From an uncultured Spirochaetota bacterium (GTDB lineage: Bacteria > Spirochaetota > Spirochaetia > SZUA-6 > Fen-1364), in the NCBI GenBank assembly GCA_963734545.1, contig CAVTHO010000007.1, forward strand, positions 480,001 through 544,000: a DNA stretch of 64,000 nt, in the 5' to 3' direction. The notes beneath the pieces are model-generated. The model made no database searches. It had not been told where the DNA came from and was given only the letters and a program-made list of their open reading frames with translations. This document shows, in pieces, positions 1 to 9,592 of this stretch; position 1 is the first letter of the stretch; each line of letters starts with the position of its first letter. Both the position numbers and the translations under genes were made by a program.

Positions 1-77
1 AGCACGGGGTCGCTGCCGACCGTGAAAGCTTCCATCAGTGCATCGAGGCTGTAGGTCTTTTCCCAGAGCTTGGCCAT
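1..77 (-). CDS. argH: Argininosuccinate lyase, N-terminal fragment (runs off the window edge)
   Basis: Manual translation from CAT at 75-77 gives MAKLWEKTYSLDALMEAFTVGSDPV, matching the 'KLWEK...FTVG.D' start of ArgH; only 25 codons are visible. Confidence 0.7.
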   Translation of the reverse strand, partial: MAKLWEKTYSLDALMEAFTVGSDPV

Positions 78-88
78 AGAAGGCAATA

Positions 89-826
89 CTAGGCGTCGGG
101 TTCCGCTCTGTCAATCAATTCGTCGGACTCTTCCGCGGCGCTGAACTTCGGATTGTTGCCCGCAATCACGACCGTTATCTCCCCGCGCACCTTCACGTCC
201 TTGAACCGGACGGCGAGCTCGCTCAGGGTGCCCCGATGGGTCTTTTCGAACTGCTTGGTCATCTCGATGCACACGGCGGCGCGGCGGTCGCCCAGCACGT
301 CACGGGCGTCCTCGAGAAGCTTCTGCACGCGGAACGGTGACTCGTAGAAGACAAGGGTATGGGGAAGATCCTTCTCCATGGCGAGATACCGCCTGCGCAC
401 GCCCGGTTTCCTGGGCGGGAAACCCTTGAACGTGAAGCTGGAAGTGGGAAGCCCCGACGCGAGCAGCGCCGGCTCGATGGCCCCGGCCCCGGGGAGCACC
501 TCGACGGTGTATCCCTCTTCGAGGGCCCGGGAGATCACCCGGTAGCCCGCGTCGCTGATGCCGGGGTAGCCCGCGTCGGAGCAGATGCCGACGGACAGCC
601 CGCTCTTGAGAAAGCCGATAATCCTGGCGCCGGCCTGCGCTTCGTTCTGCTCGCGATAGGAGATGATGGTTTCCGGGCTGTGAATTCCATGTTTTTCGAA
701 AAGGATCCGGGTGTGGCGGGTGTCCTCGCACGCCAGCACGTGCAGCTCTCCCAGCACCCGTATGGCCCGCAGGGTCATGTCCTCCAGGTTCCCGATAGGC
801 GTTGCGATGATGAAGAGCTTCGTCAT
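89..826 (-). CDS. rsmI: 16S rRNA (cytidine1402-2'-O)-methyltransferase
   Basis: MTKLFIIATPIGNLEDMTLRA, ACEDTR, SDAGYPGISD, FYESPFR and RGEI motifs; start trimmed to ATG 826. Confidence 0.95.
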   Translation of the reverse strand: MTKLFIIATPIGNLEDMTLRAIRVLGELHVLACEDTRHTRILFEKHGIHSPETIISYREQNEAQAGARIIGFLKSGLSVGICSDAGYPGISDAGYRVISRALEEGYTVEVLPGAGAIEPALLASGLPTSSFTFKGFPPRKPGVRRRYLAMEKDLPHTLVFYESPFRVQKLLEDARDVLGDRRAAVCIEMTKQFEKTHRGTLSELAVRFKDVKVRGEITVVIAGNNPKFSAAEESDELIDRAEPDA

Positions 827-859
827 GGGATTTGTCCCTGGAAGTATAGCCTTTTTTGC

Positions 860-889
860 TTGATTCGGGCAGAGCAGCGGCAGTATGTT
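860..889 (+). promoter_or_regulatory. Putative sigma70 promoter for the riboswitch-glyA transcript
   Basis: TTGATT (860-865), 18 bp spacer, TATGTT (884-889), just upstream of the riboswitch. Confidence 0.45.
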
Positions 890-926
890 TGGATCAGTTC
901 TGTTCCTGCGCGCGCGCGTTGCGCGG

Positions 927-1003
927 GCGCGGAAGCGACTGGCGTTTGAAGATGGGCACACCATCGGGGAGCTTCTGCGGGTACGGCGTCGTACGCCTGG
1001 GCG
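927..1003 (+). ncRNA. ZMP/ZTP riboswitch (pfl motif)
   Basis: P1 GCGGAAGC/GCTTCTGC flanks GACTGGCG; P2 GATGG-gcaca-CCATC is followed by GGGGAGC; the 3' hairpin GTCGTACGCCTGGGC carries CGCC to pair with GGCG (pseudoknot). It lies upstream of glyA, a canonical target. Confidence 0.92.
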
Positions 1004-1049
1004 CCTGCCGCGAATCGCTTCGCCTGGGGATTCCCCCGGAGGTCAGCCT

Positions 1050-2549
1050 ATGCGCGCCAGCCCTCTTGCAGACTACCTGAAAACACACACCGCACCGGAT
1101 CCTGGTGCAGTGGCCTACGTCGCCGCACTTCAGTCGGTCGCGCAATGCTCTCCCGAGATCGCGCGGTCCATCGTGTCCGAGCTGGAGAAGCAGCGCTCCA
1201 GCATCAAGCTCATTGCCAGTGAGAACTACTCATCCCTTGCGGTCCAGCTCGCAATGGGCAATCTCCTTACCGACAAGTACGCGGAAGGCTATCCGCGGCA
1301 CAGGTTCTACGCCGGCAACGACAATGTCGACGACATCGAGGAGAGGGCCCAGGCGGAAGCGCGCGCACTTTTCGGCGCAGAGTATGCCAACGTGCAGGCG
1401 CACTGCGGGGCGGACGCCAACCTCATGGCCTACTGGGCAATCCTCACGACCAGGGTCGAGGAGCCCGCGCTGAAGGCATTCGGGGAAACGAACCTGTACA
1501 AGCTTGACGACGCGCAATGGATGGAGCTTCGCACCGCGCTCGGCAACCAGCGCCTCCTCGGCCTCAACTATTATTCAGGCGGTCACCTGACGCACGGGTA
1601 CCGCTACAACCTTTCCGCCCGCATGTTCGATATTCACTCCTATTCGGTGAGAAAGGACACGTTCCTCATCGACTACGACGACATCGAACAGAAGGCACGC
1701 GAGGTCCGGCCGCTCATTCTCCTTGCCGGCTACTCGGCCTACCCTCGAAAAATCGACTTCCGCAGAATGCGGTCCATCGCTGACTCGGTGGGCGCCGTGC
1801 TCATGGTGGATATGGCGCATTTTGCCGGCCTCGTTGCCGGCGGCGTTTTCACCGGGGACTACAGCCCGTTTCCCCACGCGCAGGTCGTGACGACGACCAC
1901 GCACAAGACCCTGCGGGGCCCCCGGGCCGGCATGGTCCTCTCAACAAGGGAGTTCGCCGATGCCCTGGACAAATCCTGCCCGCTGATGATGGGAGGTCCT
2001 CTCCCTCACGTCGTGGCGGCCAAGGCTGTGGCGTTGTGTGAAGCCAGTTCCGAGGAGTTCAGGACTTATGCGCATGGGATTGTCGAAAATGCCCGGGCGA
2101 TGGCGGAAGCCTGCATGGCGGAGGGCCTGGAGGTCGTCACCGGCGGCACGGACAACCACCTGTTCCTGGTAAACGTCTCTTCGCTCGGATTGACCGGCAG
2201 GCAGGCAGAAGGCGCCCTTCATGATTGCGGCATCACGCTCAACCGCAATTCTCTCCCGTTCGACAGGAACGGGCCCTGGTACACGAGCGGCCTGCGCATC
2301 GGCACCCCCGCGGTGACGACCCTGGGTATGAAGCCTGATCACATGAGGGAAATTGCGTCGGTGATAGGCCTCGTTCTCAAGGCCACACGGCCGCAGAATG
2401 CCGCGGATGGCGCGCCGAGCAAGGCGAAGTACGAGGTGAGCGCGGAAGCCGGGTCGGAAGCACGGCAGAGGGTCAAGGCTCTCCTGGACCAGTTCCCCGT
2501 GTATCCCGAGCTTGACCTTGGCTTCCTGAAGAAGGCGTTCTGCGCGTGA
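1050..2549 (+). CDS. glyA: Serine hydroxymethyltransferase (long, ~500 aa form)
   Basis: LIASENY, KYAEGYP, GGHLTHG, TTTTHKTLRGPR (PLP Lys) and GGTDNHL; GGAGG RBS before ATG 1050. Confidence 0.96.
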   Translation: MRASPLADYLKTHTAPDPGAVAYVAALQSVAQCSPEIARSIVSELEKQRSSIKLIASENYSSLAVQLAMGNLLTDKYAEGYPRHRFYAGNDNVDDIEERAQAEARALFGAEYANVQAHCGADANLMAYWAILTTRVEEPALKAFGETNLYKLDDAQWMELRTALGNQRLLGLNYYSGGHLTHGYRYNLSARMFDIHSYSVRKDTFLIDYDDIEQKAREVRPLILLAGYSAYPRKIDFRRMRSIADSVGAVLMVDMAHFAGLVAGGVFTGDYSPFPHAQVVTTTTHKTLRGPRAGMVLSTREFADALDKSCPLMMGGPLPHVVAAKAVALCEASSEEFRTYAHGIVENARAMAEACMAEGLEVVTGGTDNHLFLVNVSSLGLTGRQAEGALHDCGITLNRNSLPFDRNGPWYTSGLRIGTPAVTTLGMKPDHMREIASVIGLVLKATRPQNAADGAPSKAKYEVSAEAGSEARQRVKALLDQFPVYPELDLGFLKKAFCA

Positions 2550-2580
2550 GTGCGCCCGCGGGAATGACCCGGCCTTTCCT

Positions 2581-3621
2581 CTAGAACGTGAAGCGGACCG
2601 CGGCGTACACCATGCCCGCGCTGGCCGGGCAGAACACGACTTTGTGCCCTCGCTTCAACAGACCTTCGTTCAGCGCCATGTAAATTCCCATGGGGATGCT
2701 GGCGGAGACGATATTGCCGAAAGCGGGGAAGACCTTGGCAAACATCTTTTCAGCGGGGAGCGAGTGCAGCTTGCTCGCGGTCAGGTACGCGGCGTCCGAT
2801 GCAGCGTGGGGGAAGTAGATATCCGGTTCGTTCCAGTCAGGCACCAGCTCTTTTACTACGGGCGCCAGGTACTTGTTCGCCGCGTCGAACAAGTCCTTGC
2901 CGTACGATACGAAGTTGTTGATCCCGTTCTTCCCCAGCCGCTTGGAGGGCTCGACGAAGTTTTCATATCCGTCCAGCGGGATGGTGCACAGGTCGGCGAG
3001 CGCGGGAATCGACTTGTAGACGAACTTCCATTCCCGGTCCGAGGGGCTGACGATCGTTGCCGTGGCCGCCTCCCCGATGGTGTAGGTCGGGAACGTATAC
3101 TCGATCTGGCGAAGGTGCTCGATCTTGAAATTGTCCGGATACCCGTGATAGATGTTGAACTCGCCGTTCAGGATCATGATGTGCTTGTAGCGGCCGCTCT
3201 TGAAGAACTCGTAGGAGATCTCCAGCGCGCGTATCCAGCTCATGCAGGCGTCCACGATATCAAAGCAGGAACAGGTCATGTGCATGTGCTGCGCGTAAAA
3301 ATAGGCATTGGCAGGCTCCAGAAATCCTTTTCCCACTCCACAGTAGATGAGCAGGTCAATGTCGCCCGCGCTCAGCTCGGCCTTTTCCAGGGCTTCCTTC
3401 ATCGCGCCAATGATGAAATCACTGGCCTTTTCTTTTTTCGTTTCGTCCCGCGTGTAACGGACTTCGGACCCCGCCATCGTAAAGAGCCCGCGCACCATCC
3501 GCTGATAGGTCTTCAGAAGGATGGGCGAGACGCCGTTGCTGTGATCCTCCAACAGCTGCAGGATATCGGCATTCGTCACTTTGCGTGACGGCACCTTGAC
3601 ACCAACTGAATCGATTCTCAT
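2581..3621 (-). CDS. Stand-alone 3-oxoacyl-ACP synthase III / OleA-like thiolase-fold condensing enzyme
   Basis: Cys-His-Asn triad motifs FDIVDACMSW, FPHAAS and FGNIVSASIP; FLEPANA motif; start trimmed to MRIDSVGV. Confidence 0.85.
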   Translation of the reverse strand: MRIDSVGVKVPSRKVTNADILQLLEDHSNGVSPILLKTYQRMVRGLFTMAGSEVRYTRDETKKEKASDFIIGAMKEALEKAELSAGDIDLLIYCGVGKGFLEPANAYFYAQHMHMTCSCFDIVDACMSWIRALEISYEFFKSGRYKHIMILNGEFNIYHGYPDNFKIEHLRQIEYTFPTYTIGEAATATIVSPSDREWKFVYKSIPALADLCTIPLDGYENFVEPSKRLGKNGINNFVSYGKDLFDAANKYLAPVVKELVPDWNEPDIYFPHAASDAAYLTASKLHSLPAEKMFAKVFPAFGNIVSASIPMGIYMALNEGLLKRGHKVVFCPASAGMVYAAVRFTF

Positions 3622-3651
3622 GTTCACCCCGCGAAATTCAAATTTGTTGTT

Positions 3652-3741
3652 GGGGAGTTGAACTCCCCGGCACATTGCTGTACCAATGCATCGCTCGACG
3701 CAGGAATAATTATTATATGAGTATACCCCTTTCAATCGCAA
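3652..3741. promoter_or_regulatory. Divergent promoter region with palindromes
   Basis: GGGGAGTT-G-AACTCCCC (3652-3668) and AATAATTATT (3705-3714) palindromes; minus-strand TTGCGA-18-TATAAT (3741-3712); locally AT-rich. Confidence 0.5.
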
Positions 3742-3762
3742 TTGCATAGTATTGGAGCCACA

Positions 3763-5049
3763 ATGCGGATCACCGTGATAGCAATCGGTTCCCAGGGAGA
3801 CGTGCAGCCATTCGCCGCATTGGGCGCGGGCCTGGCAAAGGCGGGTTTCAAGGTGAGGCTGGCCAGCCACGAGACGTTTCGCGCGCTCGCACAGGCAGGC
3901 GGCCTCGAGTTCGCTCCCATTACCGGCAATCCGCGCGACATCGTGCAGGGCGAGCAGGGGCAGGCATGGCTTCAATCCACGGACAACTACCTCCTATTCC
4001 TGAGACAGACCTCACGGATCGCGAGAGGCATGATCGGAAAGCTGTCCAGTGACATGCTGGAGGGGAGCAGGGGAAGCGACGCGCTGATCTACAGCCTCCC
4101 TCTGGCAGTCTCGGGGTACTCGACAGCCGAGGTACTCGGGATTCCCGGGATTCCCGCCTCCCTCTATCCCCTGCACCCGACCCGCGCATTTCCATCCATC
4201 ATGACTCCCACGCTTCCGCTCAATTGGGGCCCCCTCAACAGGTTGAGCGGAGCGGGCGTGGCAGAGCTCTTCTGGCTGATAGTCAGACCTCTCCTGGCTA
4301 CCGAAGCAAGGGCCGGGTCAGGTCTCGGCCGTCTGCCCTGCCGCATACCTCTCAAGGCCTGGGAAAAGCGCGGCCACCCCTTCCTCTACGGATACAGCCC
4401 CTCGGTCATTCCCCGGCCGGCAGATTGGGGCGAATCGGAAGTGGTCTGCGGCTACTGGTTCAGCGAGCGGCATGACGAATGGGAGCCCCCGGCAGACCTT
4501 CTGAAATTCATCGAATCCGGACCGGCGCCCCTGTACGTCGGTTTCGGAAGCATGGCGAGCGGGGACTCGACGCTGCTGACCCGGTCCGTGCTGGAAGCGC
4601 TGAAGAGAACCGGCCAGCGCGCCATCTTTTCGTCGGGGTGGGGCGGGCTGAAGACGGAGCGCCTTCCCGCCAATGTATTTCCGGTAGGTCACATTCCGCA
4701 TGATTGGCTTTTCCCGCGGGTCTCAATGGCAGTGCATCACGGCGGGGCGGGGACAACTGCCGCGGTGCTTCGCGCCGGAATCCCCTCCATAATCGTTCCC
4801 TTTTTTGCCGATCAGTTCTTCTGGGGCAAGCTCGTGCAATCACGCGGCCTGGGCGCTTCGCCCCTCCCGCACAAGAAGCTGTCCGCGGACGCGCTCGAAG
4901 AGCGGATTCGTGCAGTGCTGACTGCTGATGGGATGCGGCAGCGCTGCGCAGAGATGGCTCGCAGGATTTCGGCTGAAGACGGGATCGCCACCGCGGTCGC
5001 GGCCGTGGAGAGCTATTTCCGCAGCACCATTTTCAAAACTACCCACTGA
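3763..5049 (+). CDS. GT1/GT28-N glycosyltransferase (sterol 3-beta-glucosyltransferase-like)
   Basis: N-terminal GSQGDVQPF, then YVGFGSM, PHDWLFP, VHHGGAGTT and PFFADQFFWG. Confidence 0.9.
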   Translation: MRITVIAIGSQGDVQPFAALGAGLAKAGFKVRLASHETFRALAQAGGLEFAPITGNPRDIVQGEQGQAWLQSTDNYLLFLRQTSRIARGMIGKLSSDMLEGSRGSDALIYSLPLAVSGYSTAEVLGIPGIPASLYPLHPTRAFPSIMTPTLPLNWGPLNRLSGAGVAELFWLIVRPLLATEARAGSGLGRLPCRIPLKAWEKRGHPFLYGYSPSVIPRPADWGESEVVCGYWFSERHDEWEPPADLLKFIESGPAPLYVGFGSMASGDSTLLTRSVLEALKRTGQRAIFSSGWGGLKTERLPANVFPVGHIPHDWLFPRVSMAVHHGGAGTTAAVLRAGIPSIIVPFFADQFFWGKLVQSRGLGASPLPHKKLSADALEERIRAVLTADGMRQRCAEMARRISAEDGIATAVAAVESYFRSTIFKTTH

Positions 5050-5867
5050 CGAAGCCTGCCCGGGGCCATGGGCGCCACGTGTCCCCAGAAGCGCGAATCC
5101 CAGCCGACAGTGTACCGGGTTCTCGCTCGTCTCGCCGTAAGAGCTTTTTCAACCACCAAGGCCACCCGGCCGGCAGGGATTCCGTTCGCGGAAGCGTGGT
5201 CGGTGTAGCGTTGGAATGATTCCGCGGATGCGCGATACCGGTCCCATTTTTCCGCATTGAGGTCTCCGGCCGTGTCCATTGCAGTGCTCTTGGACTTGCT
5301 CCAGATCGGGGTCGCAATATTGCCGGGCTCGATGATCGAAACCGATACGCCGGAAGACCGGATCTCCATGCCGAGGGATTCCGCAAGGGCCTCCAGGGCG
5401 AACTTTGCGGCCGAATATGCCCCGACAAAGGGAAGGGCCAGCCTGCCGAGGATGGAGCCCATGATGACGATCCGGCCGCGCCCTGCGCGGAGCATGGGAA
5501 GGAACGCCTGGGTCACGGCGATCTGCCCGATGACGTTCACGTCGAACTGCTTCCTGAGCGCCTCAGCGGGAAGCATCTCGAGGGGTCCTGCCACCGCGAT
5601 TCCCGCATTGTTGACCAGGCCGTGGAGCCCTCCGGCGTCCAGGCTGCGTGACACGGTTCGCGCTGCCTCGGCGATCGAGCCGCTGTCTGTCACATCGATC
5701 AGGACAGGAGTGAGGGCGCCCGACGCTTCAGCTTTCAGCCGTTCGCCGTCTTCGTTCCTGCGCACTCCGGCAAAAACGCGGAAGCCGCTGGATGCGAGCC
5801 TGAGCGCGCATTCTTTTCCAATGCCGGATGATGCGCCGGTGACGAGGACTGCTTTGCTGTTCTGCAT
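5013..5867 (-). CDS. Short-chain dehydrogenase/reductase (17beta-HSD/retinol dehydrogenase-like)
   Basis: TGASSGIG, LVNNAG, YSAAK and IEPG motifs. Confidence 0.92.
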   Translation of the reverse strand: MQNSKAVLVTGASSGIGKECALRLASSGFRVFAGVRRNEDGERLKAEASGALTPVLIDVTDSGSIAEAARTVSRSLDAGGLHGLVNNAGIAVAGPLEMLPAEALRKQFDVNVIGQIAVTQAFLPMLRAGRGRIVIMGSILGRLALPFVGAYSAAKFALEALAESLGMEIRSSGVSVSIIEPGNIATPIWSKSKSTAMDTAGDLNAEKWDRYRASAESFQRYTDHASANGIPAGRVALVVEKALTARRARTRYTVGWDSRFWGHVAPMAPGRLRQWVVLKMVLRK

Positions 5868-5926
5868 AGGCTACTATAAGTAGTCCAAAATCCTGGCAAC
5901 TGTACAGGACCCGGCACGCGCAGGGG

Positions 5927-7529
5927 TCAGTACGTGTACACCACACCCAGGCTCAGGTAGTTGTTCAGTGCGTTTGATGAGCTCAAGTCGACGTTCAAGA
6001 CGTACTGGAAAGTGTAACCGAGGCTCACCTGGACATGCCCTATCGGGGTGTCCAGATTGAGCTTTGCATCGACTCCCGCCTGGATGGATTTTTCCAGCCT
6101 CGACTGTGTCAGAAACCGGGTATAGCCCAGACCCGGGGGAAGCGGAAAGCCCGGCTTGAAAGTGGCGTCGCCGCCTACGTACCCGTCGTCAAAGATTGTT
6201 CCGTTGCCACCTGCCCGGAATGCCTTCGGACCCGTTGCCATGCAATGTCAGGCGTCCAAAAACATTGAGATCCAGGTAGGTGACAGGCCGGAGCAGCGCG
6301 CTCACTTCAAATCTTGCCGAGTCCGGTTGAATGGAGGGGCCAATGTTCTGCCCGCCATTGGTATAGTTGAGGTAGTTTGGGTCGGTCGGGTTGGAGGTGT
6401 CGCCTTTGTGCGAGTACGTGTACGGCGTGACCAGGAGAATATTCGCGCTCAATCTGGTGAGAAAGGGCAGATTCGGTGTCCAGGAAACGCCGGCCTGGAA
6501 TGACAGAATAAGCATCGTGTTGAAGCGAAGTCTCAACAGATCGTTGAAGCTGGCATCGTCGAAGTAGAGCACGAAATCCGTCTTGATGGCACCGGGAAAC
6601 TTGATCCCTCCCGATATTCCTATGAATGAATTGTCAGAATAGCCGCCCATTCCCTGGGCATAAAACGAGATCACGGGAAGAAGGTAGAGCGGCTCGAACC
6701 TCGGGCCCCAGATGACGGATTCGAAGACACCCAGCGTAAGCCAGTCTGTTGGATAGAGCTCCAGCCCGTTGAGAGCCATGAACTTGGTCGGCTGGTCGCT
6801 TCTGCCGCCGTCGTTGTTGGTTCCCGAGATCTCCATGAGAGCCATCGTCACCGTGTAGGAACCCTGCTGCAGGGTCAGGGAAAAATGCCCCGATTGCGGC
6901 GAGGATGGGCTCAGGATCGCATTGTCGCCCCAGAACGGGCCAAAAGAGCTGCGCAGAACGCCGGCCTGAAAATAGGTGGACTCGTTGCCGAGCGCTGTGC
7001 CGGCCACCATGCTCATCCGGGGCGTCAGGCCTGTTGATCCAATCGGACTCACGGAGCCATCGTCCACGAAGTCCACGTCGGTGCGCCCGAACTCCGGCAG
7101 CATGGAGTTGCCTGATCCCTGCAAGGCCATGATCCCGGTTATCGTCGAATAGGAGATGGAAGGAACCAGGCTGCCCTGCATCGAGCCCTCGACGCCTACC
7201 TGCGCATAGCCCCCGCTCATGTCCGTCCGTCCAAGGCTGCTGATCACCGCGTGGAGGTGGTTGCCTTCTCCCATCTGCCCCAGGTACATGCGCGCCAGCT
7301 CTTGATCGGCCTCGTTTCCCCGTTCAACAACGCCATTGAGGACTTTCTTCACCAGTTGCAGCGGGTAGGGCCGCAGCGGGGGCAGGCTGCCTATCAGGCC
7401 GCGATTCTGCCAGAGCTCGAGATCCGTGTAGAGTCGGTCGTTCGGGTTTGCAACGATTTGACCGAAGCTTGGAGCAACACTCAGGGCAAGCAACACGAAT
7501 AACAGATATCTCAGTTTGAATACTTTCAT
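5927..7529 (-). CDS. Outer-membrane beta-barrel, capsule-assembly Wzi-like protein (frameshift ~6212, probably an assembly indel)
   Basis: Signal peptide MKVFKLRYLLFVLLALSVAPSFG, PLRPYP motif and amphipathic strands. ORF 6189..7694 ends ...HGNGSEGIPG and continues in ORF 5927..6241 as GGNGTIFDDGY...LGVVYTY (aromatic C-terminal residue). Confidence 0.65.
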
Positions 7530-7541
7530 TGTGTGTTCAGT

Positions 7542-7615
7542 AGTATAGCACTTCATGCCAATGTACTCAAAGACCATCACGTAGCTATTGATTATTTGCC
7601 GTGCCGGTGTATAAT
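7542..7615. promoter_or_regulatory. Back-to-back sigma70 promoters for the Wzi-like gene and the glycan operon
   Basis: Minus strand: TTGAGT-17-TATACT with extended TG (7570-7542). Plus strand: TTGATT-16-TATAAT (7588-7615). Confidence 0.65.
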
Positions 7616-7624
7616 GTTCATAGA

Positions 7625-8174
7625 TTGAACACCTTGGATACGGCAGATCACGAATATGCTCTCCTGGAGAGCATCTATCGCCACAAAGAGACAAGGCCCG
7701 TCAGGCAGCGGGATCTGGCAAGAATCGTCGGCATATCCCTCGGAATGACCAACGTCATTCTCCGCAAGCTCGCCCAGAAGGGGTGGGTGATCGTCCGCAG
7801 GATCAACAGCAGGAACATACAGTACGCCGTCACGCCGGCAGGGATTGATGAGATCAGCAGGCGAAGTTACAAGTTCTTCAAGAAGACGATCCGAAACGTC
7901 GTCTACTACAAGGATGCGCTGGAACGGTTCCTCCTGAGCGCCAAGGCCAGGAATTTCCAGAGCGATAGTTCTCGTGGGCAAGAGTGATTTCGATTTTGTT
8001 CTCGCGTTCCTCTGTCAGAAACACAAGCTGGAGTTTACGCAGTCCGAGACGGGCGACTGCGCGGAAGGTGCACTGCTCGCATACGCGGAGGACATAGAGT
8101 ACGCGCCGCCGGAAAACGACGCGGCAGCGCGTCCGGAGGGAGTGTACCTTCACGACATACTGATCGGTCTCTGA
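7625..8174 (+). CDS. MarR-like winged-helix regulator of EPS clusters (frameshift ~7957)
   Basis: RQRDLARIVGISLGMTNVILRKLAQKGWV...YAVTPAG HTH; continues in a second frame as RAIVLVGKSDFDF...HDILIGL. The start is uncertain (TTG 7625 or 7634). Confidence 0.8.
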
Positions 8175-8231
8175 GCAGCTCGTTTCGGCGGCGTTCAGGA
8201 GTCCCCTCAGGTTTCAGCACGCATCCGGGTC

Positions 8232-8262
8232 CCGCGAAATTGCGCGGGGGACCCCGCGCGCC
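8232..8262 (+). promoter_or_regulatory. GC-rich hairpin between the regulator and the first biosynthetic gene
   Basis: GGGTCCCGCG-aaatt-gCGCGGGGGACCC imperfect inverted repeat with no U-tract. Confidence 0.35.
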
Positions 8263-8288
8263 CGAAATCCATCTGCACACGGAGAAAG

Positions 8289-8993
8289 ATGTATCCAGTA
8301 GTCATACTCTGCGGCGGGCTGGCAACCCGCCTGCGTCCGCTCACAACGAACATACCCAAGTCACTCATCGACGTGGCCGGAAGGCCCTTCATCGAGCACC
8401 AGCTCGCCCACCTGCACGGGCAGGGGGTGCGCCGGGTGATTCTCTGCGTGGGCCACGGCGGGGAGCTGATCCAGGAGAGAATAGGGGAGGGCGGGCGCTT
8501 CGGCATGCAGATACAATACGTGTCCGACGGGCCGCGCCTGATGGGAACAGGCGGCGCGCTGAAGGCTGCCGCGCCTCTTCTTGACGGACCATTCTTTGTG
8601 CTGTACGGAGACTCCTATCTATCTGTAGACTACGCGGCCGTTGCGGACTCTTTCGATCAGGCGGGAACGCTCGGCTTGATGACCGTGTACCGCAACGAGG
8701 GAAAGTGGGACACGAGCAACGTCGTCTATGAACAGGGACGGATTCTTGTGTACGATAAAAAGAATCCCGTGCCCGCGATGCGCCACATAGATTACGGGCT
8801 TTGCATGTTGAAGACAGAGGCACTGGACCGGGTTCCGCCCGACCAACCCTACGATCTCGCACTGTTGTACGGCAGGCTGGTGACAGAGGGTCAGCTTGCC
8901 GGCTTCGAGGTTTTCCAGAGGTTCTACGAGATCGGCACGATCGAGGGACTGACCGAGACCAGAGAGATGTTTGCAAAAATGAAAGGCGGGAAA
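8289..8993 (+). CDS. hddC: Sugar-1-phosphate nucleotidyltransferase (HddC-like heptose-1-P guanylyltransferase)
   Basis: ILCGGLATRLRP, PKSL, GTGGAL, LYGDSY, IDYG and FYEIG motifs. In this sequence it reads in frame into gmhA, so the true stop is probably TGA at ~8980 after an A-run. Confidence 0.75.
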
Positions 8994-9592
8994 ATGGACA
9001 CCTACACGACGACTCACCTGCAAGAGGCATCCCGGATCATCCCCCTCATCGACACCGAAAAGATAGAGACGATTGTGCGGATGATTGCCGAACTGCGCAC
9101 CCGTGGGGGACGTCTCTTTTTCTCGGCGTGGGAGGAAGCGCGGCAAACGCATCCCACGCGGTGAATGATTTCCGGAAGCTCGCCAATATCGAATCGTATT
9201 CCCCGACGGACAATGTTTCGGAGCTCACGGCTCGAACGAACGACGAGGGATGGGAAACGGCGCTGGCCGGGTGGCTCAAGGGGAGCCGGCTCACGAAGAA
9301 TGACATGCTTTTCGTGCTTTCCGTGGGGGGCGGAAGCCTGGAGCCTTCCGTCAGCCCCAACCTCGTGCGCGCCATCCAATTCGGGAAAGAAGTCGGGGCC
9401 AGGGTGGTCGGCGTGGTCGGCAGGGACGGCGGCTATACCGCGCAAGTGGCAGACTGCGCGGTGATCGTGCCGACGGTGAACCCCAAGACAGTGACGCCGC
9501 ACTCCGAAGCATTCCAGGCAGTCATCTGGCACCTCATCGTTTCACACCCCGCCCTCCAGGCGAACAGCACGAAGTGGGAGTCGGTACGATAG
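8994..9592 (+). CDS. gmhA: SIS-domain phosphoheptose isomerase (frameshift in T-run ~9117-9121)
   Basis: MDTYTTTHL...GGRLFF joins LGVGGSAANASHAVNDFRK, ELTARTND and TPHSEAFQ in another frame. Confidence 0.85.

Noticed and set aside
905-932. (CG)n run as a microsatellite or Z-DNA element
   Set aside because: It is short, expected at this GC content, and better explained as part of the riboswitch leader.
5013-5049. 37 bp convergent overlap of the GT and SDR genes
   Set aside because: Short tail-to-tail overlaps are common and both C-termini look ordinary.
9110-9125. Programmed frameshifting or phase-variable tracts at the frameshift sites
   Set aside because: The runs are only 2-5 nt, with no shared slippery heptamer or consistent downstream structure; error is more parsimonious.
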